Below are positions 13,336 through 25,300 of a DNA stretch of 64,000 nt, piece after piece. The position numbers and the translations under genes were made by a program. The DNA comes from Malacoraja senta (lineage: Eukaryota). Below the pieces are notes generated by a model. That model did no database searches, was not told the DNA's origin, and saw nothing but the letters and a program-made list of their open reading frames with translations. The stretch lies in the NCBI GenBank assembly GCA_038087875.1, contig CM075978.1, forward strand, positions 100,564,001 to 100,628,000. The letters run 5' to 3'. How positions within the stretch are numbered: position 1 is the first letter of the stretch; every line of letters begins with the position of its first letter.

Positions 13336-14519
13336 GAATTTGGTGGCCTTGCACCCAGCTTGAAATGGTACGATACTGCACTTGAATTTGGTGGCCTTGC
13401 ACGCTGCTTGAAATGGTACGAAACTGCATTTGAATTTGGTGGCCTTGCACCCTACTTGAAATGGCATGAAACTGCACTTGAATTTGGTGGCCTTGCACCC
13501 TGCTTGAAATGGCATGGAACTGCACTTGAATTTGGTGGCCTTGCACCCTGCTTGAAATGGTACGAAACTACATTTGAATTTGGTGGCCGTGCCCCCTGCT
13601 TGAAATGGTACAAAATGGCACTTGAGTTTGGTGGCCCTGCACCCTGCTTGAAATGGTATGAAATGGCAACTGAGTTTGGTGCCCTTGCAACCTGCTTGAA
13701 ATGGTACGAAACTGCACGTGTTTGGTGGCCTTGCACCCTGCTTGAATTGGCATGTAACTGCACTAGAATTTGGTGGCCTTGCACCCTGCTTGAAGTAGCA
13801 TGGAACTGCACTTGAATTTGGTGGCCTTGCACCCTGCTTGAAATTGCATGAAACTGCACTTGATTTTGGTGGCCTTGCACCCCGCTTGAAATAGTATGAA
13901 GATAGTCCAAGACCCACAAACAATAATGCCATCACGTCTAAACGTTTCTGTATGTTGATGGAATATTGAATAACTAAAGAGAGAACACCACTTATGACAT
14001 CTTCCCACCTGGGCATATGATCCATGTTTTCAAACCTCCCTGTATATGCTGTCAATTTTAACCTGGTGCAGGTGACTCCTGCGTTACAGAGTCCTGTTAA
14101 TGGAAATTCACCTTCACAAATTACAACCCAAAGTTTGAAATAGTGATTAAAACTTGTCCTGATGGACTTATTGTAGTAGTAACTAATCAACACAAAATTC
14201 ACTTTTTTTTTCAACTCGGGTTTCTTGATGCATGCGTGGATGACAGTACGGAAATTTGTGATATGGACTGTTATCCAGGAAACGCAACCTCCCATAACAT
14301 GGGGATCACCTTCATTCAATCAGTAATATTTCATAAAGTTTGGGAAATAATATATTTTCTTACATTGCAACAGCACAATTTAGACTATTATAATACTTTA
14401 AAGCACACTTTAAAACATGGTTTTATGGAATAGAAACTGTACTTGACAATAAATACATTCTTTAAGATGTATGAAGCACAATGTGGAAAGATGAACATAT
14501 ATTTTGATTTTCAGAAGCC

Positions 14520-14800
14520 ATTCGATGAGTCTAGGACAAGAGCTCATAGCCTCAGTATTAAAGGACATTCTTTTAGGAAGGAGATGAGGAGAAATTTCTT
14601 TGGACAGAGGGTGGTGAATCTGTGGAATTCTTTGCCACAGAAGACTGTGAAGGCCAAGTCAGTGGAGATTTTTATGGCAAAGTAAAGATAGATTCTTGAT
14701 TAGTACAGGTGTCAGAGGTTATGGGGTTAGGAGGGAGAGATAGATCAGCCATGATTGAATGGCGGAGTAGACTTGATGGACAGAATGGCCTAATTCTTTT
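14520..14800 (+). mobile_element. CR1 LINE 3' fragment
   Basis: SRTRAHSLSIKG...RVVNLWNSLP and the typical CR1 3' UTR. Confidence 0.8.
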
Positions 14801-15169
14801 CCTATCCCTTTTGTCCTAAAGGTCACGGTATTGTAGGTCATTTATGAGCATAAATAGAGGATAACAAACAGGTAATGGGTGAAATTAGGCATATTAAGAG
14901 GAAAATGACTAATTAATTTGTAGTCAGTTTATCTGACCACAGATATCAGTGGGAAATCAAGTTGAGAGGGTAATGTAGAAACGCATCATAGTAATATCTT
15001 GGGCCTTTAATTCACATAGGGTCTGGGAAATAAAATTAGCACTAATCGTATAGATGAATTTGCAGCATGTGTAAAAGATGATATTCTATATCGGCATGCT
15101 GAAGAATCAACAAAAGGAAAGGTTGATTTCAACTAGTTACGTGCATTGAGAAAAGGTTTGTTAATAGTT

Positions 15170-15325
15170 TAGTTTAGTTTAGAGATGCAGCACGGAAACA
15201 GGGCCTTTGGCCCCCTCCGAATCTGCGCCGACCAGCGATCCCCACACACTACACACACTCGGGACAATTTACAATTTTACTGAAGTCAATTAACCTCCAG
15301 TCTTGTACGTCTTTGCGGTATATTT
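15170..15325 (-). mobile_element. HE1/V-SINE-like SINE, 3' part
   Basis: (TAAAC)n tail plus the GGGCCGAAGGGCCTGTTTCC-like end shared with the other copies. Confidence 0.7.
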
Positions 15326-15439
15326 ACGTTAATTGTATATAAAGCTTTGAGAAGAGTGCGTGATATATATTGAAATTATTTGCTTCGATCTGAAACTACA
15401 GTCTTAAATTATAACAAAGGAAACTGCGAATGTATGAGT

Positions 15440-16049
15440 GTTTAAGAAGGAACTGCAGATGCTGAAAAATCGAAGGTAGACAAAAGTGCTGGAGAAACTC
15501 AGCGGGTGCAGCAGCATCTATGGAGCGAAGGAAATAGGCAACGTTTCGGACCAAAACCGTTCTTCAGACTGATGTCAGGTGGGGGGGGGGGGGGTGGGGA
15601 GAAGAAAGGAGAAAGGAAGAGGAGGAGCCCGAGGGCTGAGGGAGAGCTGAGAAGGGGGGGGGGGGGGGGAGACAGCAAGGGCTACCAGAAATTGGAGAAG
15701 TCAATGTTTATGCCGCTAGGGTGCTACCTGCCCAAGCGGAATATGAGGTGCTGCTCCTCCAATTTCTGGTGGTGCTCACTCTGGCCATGGAGGAGGCCCA
15801 GGACAGAAAGGTCGGATTCGGAATGGGAGGGGGAGTTGAAGTCCTGAGCCACAGGGAGATCAGGTTGGTTAATGCGGACCGAGCGGAGGTGTTCGGCGAA
15901 ACGATCACCAAGCCTACGCTTGGTGTCACCGATGTAGATCAGCTGACATCTAGCACAGCAGATGCAATAGATGAGGTTGGAGGAGATGCAGGTGAACCTC
16001 TGTCGCACCTGGAACGACTGCTTGGGTCCTTGAATGGAGTCGAGGGGGA
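15440..16049 (-). mobile_element. 5'-truncated Penelope-like element (GIY-YIG) in the presumed 3' UTR of the receptor
   Basis: ORF 15724-16008 LIYCICC...YIGDTKRRLGDRFAEH (GIY-YIG). 14-bp TSD GCGAATGTATGAGT at 15426-15439 and 16050-16063. Terminal repeat includes a hammerhead-like core. Confidence 0.85.
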
Positions 16050-16276
16050 GCGAATGTATGAGTTGTGAGTTGTTGGGTAGACTGGGAAACTACATTAAAA
16101 GAATAAATGTGGCAGGAATAGACCAATCTGTAGGCTATCACTTTATGTGAGATTAAGGTTAAGAAAATATTGAGGCATATGCCTAAGAACCAGAACGAAG
16201 AACTGTGACATTCCGGAGTTCTGTCGTTGACAGATACCAGCCAGAAGAAGACTGAAGACAGACTTTTAGTCAGTCA

Positions 16277-16393
16277 CTATGCACGTTTGATGGCAGCATA
16301 TTCGGTTGTCTCCTCGCTGACATCTAAGGTTGGAGCTTTGGCATTCTGTCGTACAAACTGAATATCAGCATAGAACAGCTCCGATTCCGCCAA
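16277..16393 (-). CDS. Terminal cytoplasmic exon: LAESELFYADIQFVRQNAKAPTLDVSEETTEYAAIKRA*
   Basis: Acceptor ctgtttttctgttgcag|TTG, phase 0, 38 aa then TAG. Carries ITIM LFYADI and ITSM-like TEYAAI. Confidence 0.88.
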   Translation of the reverse strand: MAESELFYADIQFVRQNAKAPTLDVSEETTEYAAIKRA

Positions 16394-19300
16394 CTGCAAC
16401 AGAAAAACAGAATGTAAATGACACAAGAGACTGCTGAATCCATAAGCCGATTTTGTCCATCAGTCAGAAAATACGCAAAATCACTCCATACCATCACAGT
16501 TTATAACGCATGACATCAAAAACATATAAGATGAACAATAAAGAACATTTACCAAAAGGGGAAAAGAGAGCAAACTAGTTATAGTCATAGAGTAATACAG
16601 TGTGGAAACAGGCCCTTTAGCCCAACTCACTCACACCAGTCAACAATGTCCCATCTACCCGAGTCCCACTTGCCTGCGCTTGGTCCATAACCATCCAAAC
16701 CTGTCCTATCCATGTACATGTCCAACTGTTTCTTAAACGATGGGATAGTCCCAGCCTCAACTACCTCCTCTGGCAGCTTGTTCCATACACCCACCACACT
16801 CTGTGTGAAAAAGTTACCACTTGGATTCCTATTAAATCGTTTCCCCTTCACCCTGAACCTATGTCCTCTGGTCCGCGATTCCCCTACTCTGGGTAAAAGA
16901 CTGTGCATCTACCCGATCTATTCCCCTCATGATTTTATATACCTCTATAAGATCTCCGCTCATCCTCCTACACTCCATGGAATAGAGACCCAGCCTACTC
17001 AACCTCTCCCTATAGCTCACACCCTCTAGTCCTGGCAACATTCTTGTTAATCTTTTCTGAACACTTTCAAGCTTGACAACATCTTTCCTACAACATGGTG
17101 CCCAGAACTGAACACAATATTCCAAATGCAGTCTCACCAACGTCTTGACGCACCAACGTCTTGAATGCAACATGACCTCCCAACTTCTATACTCAATACT
17201 CTCTCTGATGAAGGCCAAAGTGCCAAAAGCCGTTTTCACCACCTTATCTACCTGCGACTCGACCTTCATGGCACCATTCACTTGTACTCCTAGATCCCTT
17301 TGCTCTACTACACTACCCAGAGGCCTGCCATTTACTGTGTCGGTCCTGCCCTAGTTCAACGTCCCAAAATGCAACACCTCAAACTTCTCTGTATTAAATT
17401 CCATCAACAATTTCTCCGCCCACCCGGCCAATCGATCCAGATCCTGCTGCAATCGTTCAGAATCATCCTCACTATCTGCAAAACCACTAACTTTTGTATC
17501 ATCAGCAAACTTGCTAATCTTACCCTGTATGTTCTCATCCAAATCATTGCTGTAGATGACAAGCAGTAACGGGCCCAGCATCGAACCCTGTGGCACACCA
17601 CTAGTCACAGGAATGAATGTGATGTATGTACGTAAGACTTTAAATATAATTATATTTATGGAAGCTTGTTCATATGTAAGGGTTTAAGGTGGACATTTGT
17701 AAACCTGAGATGGCTTGTATAGGTCTAAAAAGGAAGTAATGGCATTCAATTAAAGGCATGGGCCAAAATGTCGCCTGTCCATTTCGTTCCGCAGATGCTG
17801 CCTGACCCACCGAGTTGCTCCAGCAGTTTGTATTTATGTCTGGTACTTACCATAGTGACATTGGTGGCCAGTTCTGTATTAGTCTTGGTTTCAACTGAAA
17901 TAAAATAAGAATCTGTTGAGTTGTCACATACGGGTGATAATCAAAATGAAATCATATTGCGGTATACACACTTATTGTCATCCTTTATCCAGTGCATTCA
18001 GATAGCTGCAACATTCTGCAGAACACATATGTTTAGTTTAGACATATAGCATGGAAACAGGCCCTTCAGCCATCAAGTATACGCTGGCCAGCAATCCCCG
18101 TACACTAACACTATCCTACACACTAGGGACAAACCTGTACGTCTTTGAAGTGTGGGAGGAAACCAGAGCAATTGGGGAAAACCCACATGGTCACAGGGAG
18201 AATGTGCAATCTCCGTACAGACAGCACCCGTAGTCTGGATTGAACCCAGGTCGCTGGTGCTGTAAGACAGCAACTCTACCACTGCGCCATTGTGCTGTGA
18301 TATGTATGTAGAGTTTCTCACTCTTGACAGGGGCATGACAAGACTCACATATGTCTTAAAGGCTAGACCTGGCTTACTTCTGGAGTCTGCAGGCTGTGGA
18401 TCGGGCCCTTTTTAGGGAGTTAAGAAACTGCGTAGGCCTATGCTTCAGTGCAGTATTGTAGAAGCTGCATTTTAGTTGGTGGATCCGTAAACTTCTCAAT
18501 TGAATGTAAAGGGTTATAATTTAATTAATTCATGGACATATGCCCTTTAGCTCACTATCATAGGTTTAAATTCAGCCAACGTCAAATGGATTAAAATTTG
18601 AAAGTATGTGTTAATGTTGGTCTTTCTAAAATTCTGCCATTAATTTGTCACTTACAGCAGGCATCTTTCGGGAGGATGCAGGAATTGATATATATCCAAT
18701 AATTCGTTTAAGACTGATGGTGTGTCCATTTAGTGGAGAAGGGCAGAGGCAGCAGTACTTGGTGGCAGGCTGCGCTCTATTTTTGGGACACAAGAGACTG
18801 CAGATGCTGGAATCTGATAAGGTAGCGTGGCGTCTATAGGAAGGTAATGGCTGGAGATCTGCAACAGCCTGGGACTTGCCTGGAACAGGCACTGCTCATA
18901 AGAACTAGAGCGAGGACTTTTAAAATAGCACCACTAGATGGCGCATCTTGCACGCGGGCCCAGTAGACTATTTCTGTACATTTGCTAATTAGGAATCGGC
19001 AATATTCTACAGGACTATTTGTATGAAAAATAATTTCACTGATTTAGCACATCGCAAATGTGACATTAAAAGCACTATTGAACCATTGTTTCCGCATATC
19101 ACCTTCTGACCTACCAGATTCCAACGTCTGTAGGATTCCAGCATCTCTTGTTTCCACATTAGCTTTCAGCCTCTATTCCCACCATCTGCCCCCTCACTTG
19201 GCTCATCTGCCCCTCTTTCCTCTCTTCATCTGTTTCTATCTATTACTGCCTGCCCTGCCTCACACCTCCCCTTCACCTCTTTCTATTGGCTATCTGCTCT

Positions 19301-22300
19301 CTATAATCACGACCCAAAACATCGACCAGAACTCTATTTTAGTTGCCTAGATGGAGACCTTGAGTGCTTGAATAAGATTGTTCAGATACAAGATCTAATA
19401 GAGAGGAGATATGTATTCCAATTATCCCTAGTGATCTAAGAGATAGGAGCAGATTTAGGCCATTTGGCCCATCAAGTTCCACCATTCGATCATGGCTGAT
19501 CGATATTTCCCTCTCAACCCCATTATCCCATCCTCTCCCTGTAACCTTTGGCACCCTCACTAACCAACAACCTATCGATCCCCGATTTAAAAATACCCAA
19601 TGACATGGCCTCCACTGCCATCCATGGATTCCACAGATTCATTCAGATATGGTGTTAGTGCAAGAAGACTAAGTTGTGAAGAATTTTCTTTGAAGAGTGC
19701 TTTGAATCTTTATATTTATCTGTCAGAGAACTGTGAAGCTAATTTGTTGAGTATGTTTAAAGGAATTGAAAAGCCATAGAGGTTGAATAGTTTAAGTTGA
19801 GAATGGTGCAACAATGGGCTACTCCCTTGACTGTTTCTTATGTTCTTACATTTGGAATCATTACTGAACATAGCCAACATTTGAAGAAATCCCCAATATG
19901 AATACTGAAATGAACTTTTTACCAGTAACTGTCGAATAAACTGCGTTCAGGTCTTCAGTAGAGTTCCTAGGGAAATGATATAGAACACACTGTCAGTGAA
20001 CTATTTATATTTGTTGAATGTCTCTGAAGAACAACAACGGGACTGCATTGGTATTGGTTTATTGTTCTTATGTGTACCGAGGTAGAGTGAAAAGTTTTAT
20101 TTGCATGTTATCCAGTCAAATCATACTATACAATCAAAGCAGATACACGTACAACAGGTGGTGCAAAGATAAAAATACAAGAGAAACAAATGTGGTGTTA
20201 TAGCAATTTAGCTTTACGGCCAGAAAAAAAAGTGGCGCCACAATTACACAGCGGTAGAGTTGCTGCCTTACAGTGCTAGAGACACAGATTCAATCCTGAC
20301 TACGGCTGTTGTCTATACGAAGTTTGTACATTCTCCCCGTGACCTGCGTGGGTTTTCTCCGGGTGCTCCAATTTCCTCCCACACTCCAAAGATGTACAGG
20401 TTTGCAGATTAATTGGCTTTGGTAAAAATTGTAAATTGACCCCAGTGAGTAGGATAGTGTTAGTGATCACTGGGCTCAGTGGGCTGAAGGGCCTATTCCC
20501 ACACTATATCTCTAAAGTCTAAAGCAAGGTCTGCAATGTGGCGGGCTGTTCAATAATCATATAAAATAGTCTTATTTTCTAAATGGGAATTCAGAAATCA
20601 GAGGTGCAAAGGGACTTGGGAGTGCTGGTGCAGGATTCACAAAAGATTAATTTGCAAGTCAAATCAGTTGTAAGGAAGGTGAATGCAAAGCTAGCATTTA
20701 TTTTGAGGGCTACAATACAAAATAGGTTGTAATGCTGAGGCCTTTTAAGGCACTGCTCAGATCGCGTTTGGCGTATTATGAGCAGTTTGGGCCCTATATC
20801 TGAGGAAGGATGTGCTGACATTGGGACCCAGCCTCTCCAGTCCCTCTACATAACTGAAGTTTTAATTTAATTTAGTTTAAGATCCAGCGTGGAAACAGGC
20901 CCTGTGACGACCAGCGATTCCCGCACAATAACACTATCCTACACACTAGGACAATTTACCATTTTACCTACAATTAGCCTGCAAAACTGTACTTCTTTGG
21001 AATGTATGAGGAAACGAGCACCCGGTGCAAACCCATGCAGGTCACGGGGAGAACAGACAAACTCTGAACAGATAGCACCCATAGTCAGAATCGAACCCGT
21101 GTCTCTGGCGCTGTAAGGCAGCAACCCCACCTTTGCACCCGTGCCTGAACTGTTCCATCCCACGAAACGTCCATGTTCTTCGACTCTTTCCTTCGGTCTT
21201 TGCTGGATTCAACGCCTGTGCCCAACATGCTTAATTCAATATCATATTGAAGCAAGATGTGAAAATACATTTTACTCACCCCTCTGGTTTAAATATGTGT
21301 TGAAAGCACACCCATTTTTTCATATAGCACACTGCTATTGCTAAGATGATGAATAAGAGGACGAATACCAGGACACAGGCTACAATACCGCCCAAGATTT
21401 TCAAAGACAACATTTTATATGGTTCTGAAAAATATCGAATGTTTATATAGAGTTTAGATGCAACCTGTATTTATTTATATCATTTTAAGGAAACACACAG
21501 GCTTGCTTGATGCCCCATCATAGATGCCCCATCATAGCATTCTCCAAAGCAACCCAGATTGGGATAAAAAACAGAAAATGGTGAACACACTCAGCAGATC
21601 AGGCTGCATCTGTGGGGATAGATGCAATCTACGCTGCAAGTTGAAAATCCTTCATCAGAACTGAGCAAGCGAGTTGGTATGAGAGACCAGGTTGGTCTAA
21701 GTAGCCAGGAACCTGGGGGAGGGCAGGGGGTGGAACAAAGTGAATTTCTGTAATAAAACATAGAGTGTAGCAGTGTAGCACAGAAACAGGCTGCATCTGT
21801 GCCGAACATGATGACAAGTTAAACTAATCTCTGCCTGCAAAATATGACACATTGTTCTGGAGTAACTCAGCGGGTCAGGCAGCATCCCTGGAGAATATGG
21901 ATAGGCGACATTTCGGGTCGGGATCTTTCTTCAGACTGATTGTGTGTGTGGGGGGAGGGGAGGATAGAAAGCTAGAAGAGAGGAAGGGCAGGACAAAGCA
22001 TGACAGGTAATAGGTAATACAGGTGAGGGGTTTTAGATACATAGAAAATAGGTGCAGGTGTAGGCCATTCGGCCCTTCGAGCCTGCACCGCCATTCAATA
22101 CGATCATGGCTGATCATCCAACTCAGTATCCGTACCTGCCTTCTCTCCATACCCCCTGATCCCTTTAGCCACAAGGGCCACATCTAATTCCCTCTTAAAT
22201 ATAGCCAATGAACTGGCCTCAACTACCCTCTGTGGCAAGTTCATTGGCTATATTTAAGAGGGAATTAGATGTGGCCCTTGTGGCTAAAGTGATCAGGGGG

Positions 22301-25300
22301 TATGGAGAGAAGGCAGGTACGGGATACTGAGTTGGATGATCAGCCATGATCGTATTGACAGGAAGATGGTTGGACAAAGGCCAGAGATGAAAAAACAGGT
22401 AATTGTCATAGAGTCACAGAGTGATCAGTGTGGAAACAGGCCCTTCAGCCCAACTCGCCCACATCGGCCAACAATGTCCCAGCTGCACTAGTCCCACTTA
22501 CCTGCGCTTGGTCCATATCCCTACAAACCTGTCCTTTCCATGTACCTGTCTAATTGTTTCTTAAATAATCGGATAGTCACAGCCTCAACTAACTCCTCTG
22601 GCAGCTTGTTCCATACACCCACCACCCTTTGTGTGAAAAAGTTATCCCTCGGATTCCTATTAAATCTTTTCCCCGTCACTTTGAACCGATGTCTTCTGGT
22701 CCACATTTCCCCTCCTCTGTTCCTCCAATGATTTTGTATATCTCTATAAGATCTCCCCTCATCCTCCTACTCTCCATGGAATAGAGACCCAGCCTTCTCA
22801 ACCTCTCCCTGTAGCGCACACCCTCTAGTCCTGGTAACATCCTTGTAAATATTTTCGGAACCCTTTCAAGCTTGACAATATATTTCCTATAACATGGTGC
22901 CCAGAACTGAACACAATATTCTAAATCCTTCTTCAGACTGATAGGGGGTGGGGGGTGGATAAGAAAAAGGAGGTTGGAGGGAAGGGGGGGGTCACAGAGG
23001 GGGGGCAGTTAGAGAGGAGGTTGTGAAACTGTCTCCGGGGAGAGGAGGAGAACTTCTTCAAAGTAGACTGTTTCACAACCTCCTCTCTAACTGCCCCCCC
23101 CCCTCTGTGATCCTCCCTTCCCTCTAACTCCTCCTTTTTCCTTTCTTCTCCCCGCCCCCCCCCCACCCCCTATCAGTCTGAAGAAGGGTTTTGGCCCAAA
23201 ACGTTGCCTATTTCCTTCGCTCCATAGATGCTGCTGCACCCGCTGAGTTTCTCCAGCATTTTTGTGTACCTTCGATTTTCCAGCATCTGCAGTTCCTTCT
23301 TAAACACAATATTCTAAATGCAGTCTCACCAACGTCTTATACAACTGCAACACGACCTCCCAACTTCTACACTCAATACTTTGACTGATGAAGGACAAAG
23401 TGGCAAAAGCCTTTTTGACCACCTTATTTACCTGCGACCCGACCTTCAAGGAACCATGCACCTGCACTCCTAGATCCCTCCACTACACTACCCAGAGACC
23501 TACCATTAACTGTGTAGGTCCATGTACACAACATCTACAGCTCTGCCCACATCCACCTTTTTGTTCACGTCTTCAAAAAAAATCAATCAGATTTGTGAGA
23601 CACGACCTCCCACGTACAAAACCATGCTGACTATTCCTTATCTGCCCATGAATTGTTTGTTACTGGAGAGTATCCCACAGAATACTCTCCAGTAACAAAC
23701 CACTACAGATGTTAAGCTCACCGGCCTATAGTTCCCAGCATTTTCTCTGCAGCCCTTCTTGAAAAGAGGCACAACATTTGCCACCTTCCAGTCTTCAGGC
23801 ACCTCTCCTGCACTCGTAAATTTCAATCACGGCTTCCACAACTTCCTCTCCAGTTTCCCGTAATGTCTTTGGAGATATCGGATCAGGCCTGGAGATTTGT
23901 CTACCTTCAAACACGACAGTGCCTTCAGTGCTTCTTCGATGGTAACCCTGTCTGCTCTCAAGAGACATCCAGTGACTGCTCCAATTTCCTCCGTCCTACT
24001 GTCTTTCTCCTCAGTAAATACAGAGGAGAAATACTCATTTAGGATCTTGCCCATCTCCTGTGGCTGCACAGAGGTGACCGCTTTGATTCCTGAGAGGTCC
24101 CACACTCTCTCTAGTTACCCTTGTCCCCCTTATGTATTTATAAAGTCTTTTGGTATTGTCCTTAATGCAGAGCTGCCAAGTTCTGTCAGAGCATTTCAGT
24201 ATTCTAGTACCTGAAAATCAGTATTTTGCTGAGGAAATCAGTATTTTTATGCAGTGCTGTTTTGCTGAAAAAAATGTAATTTTTTATGTGCGACCATACC
24301 CATGTAAGTGTACAAGAATGCATAACTTTGCTACCAATTGACATGTCTTCTACACACCTTACTTAACGGTGCATTTATTGCCATCTCTTTGTATACTGCT
24401 GTTTGAACGGCTGCTTCCTGCTTTTAGCACCAGATGATGATGTAGAATCCATTTTGGAAGTCTCCCACTCCCTCTCCTCCCCTCCCCCTCTCTCCCTCCC
24501 GCCTTCCCTCTCTCCCTCCCTCTCTCTCTATCTCTCCTTCCTTTTTACTCCCTCCCTCTATTATTCCCTCCCTCCTTCTCTCCCCCCCTCTCTCTCTCTC
24601 TCCCTCTCCCCCTCCCCCTCCCCTCTGCATCCTCTCTCCCTCTCTCCACCACTCCCTCTCTCCCCCTTGAGCCCACCCGCCGTTCTGTAAAATCAAGGCC
24701 AATCCCAATGTAACTGCAATCCCACTGGTAACCTTTCACCACTAGGCTTATCCAGAATTCTACCACTGCCTGAAAAAGAATCAAAGGCTCAAAGAGAATT
24801 CCAAAGACTCATTGTTATACGAGAATTTTCCTGAACAGTCTGTGACCCATAGCGCTGTGGCCATAGTAAAGCCCGTAGCGCTATGTTTAAAGCCCATAGC
24901 ACTCCAGCCGGCAGCACTATATTTGGAACCCACAGCGCGCAGTCGACAGCTCTTCGTTTAAATTCCCACGTGTTAAACTGATAGCACTCTGTGTAAACCT
25001 GGAGCAGAACAGGCAGCGACTCTGGAGAGAAGGAATGGGTGACGTTTCTGGTCGAGACCCTTCTTCAGACTGAACTGAACACCGTATTTAAAATCCGTAT
25101 TTAACAACACAAAATCGTACATCAGTATTCTTATCGCATTTCCGTACAAAATACGGAAAATCCGTACTACTTGGCAGCTCTGTTAATGCTACCCGCCAGA
25201 GCTATCTCCTGGCCCTTTTTTGTCCTTCTGATTTCCGTTTTTTAGTTTACTCCTTAGTTCCCGAAACTCCGCCAGGGATGCACTTGATCCCAGTTGCCTA

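Larger units (their letters stand above)
8312..13900. repeat. 48-bp tandem satellite array interrupted by L1 sequence
   Basis: Unit TGGTATGAAACTGCACTTGAATTTGGTGGCCTTGCACCCTGCTTGAAA in blocks about 8312-10369, 10535-11198 and 13336-13900. Confidence 0.95.

Noticed and set aside
8231-13919. Long ORFs of WYETALEFGGLAPCLK / QVQFHTISSRVQGHQI repeats, and a CRISPR-like look
   Set aside because: They result from a 48-bp (multiple of 3) tandem unit, open on both strands, with no unique spacers, no cas genes and no splice or start context.
13901-14319. Non-repeat part of ORF 13276-14319 with a hydrophobic VMALLFVGLGL stretch
   Set aside because: No recognisable domain and no downstream donor; it runs into the satellite and is probably a chance open frame.
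18656-18713. Candidate extra cytoplasmic exon with a GTAAGT donor
   Set aside because: 58 nt, phase 1-2, would frameshift between Cyt1 and Cyt2; the 9-nt alternative has a poor acceptor.
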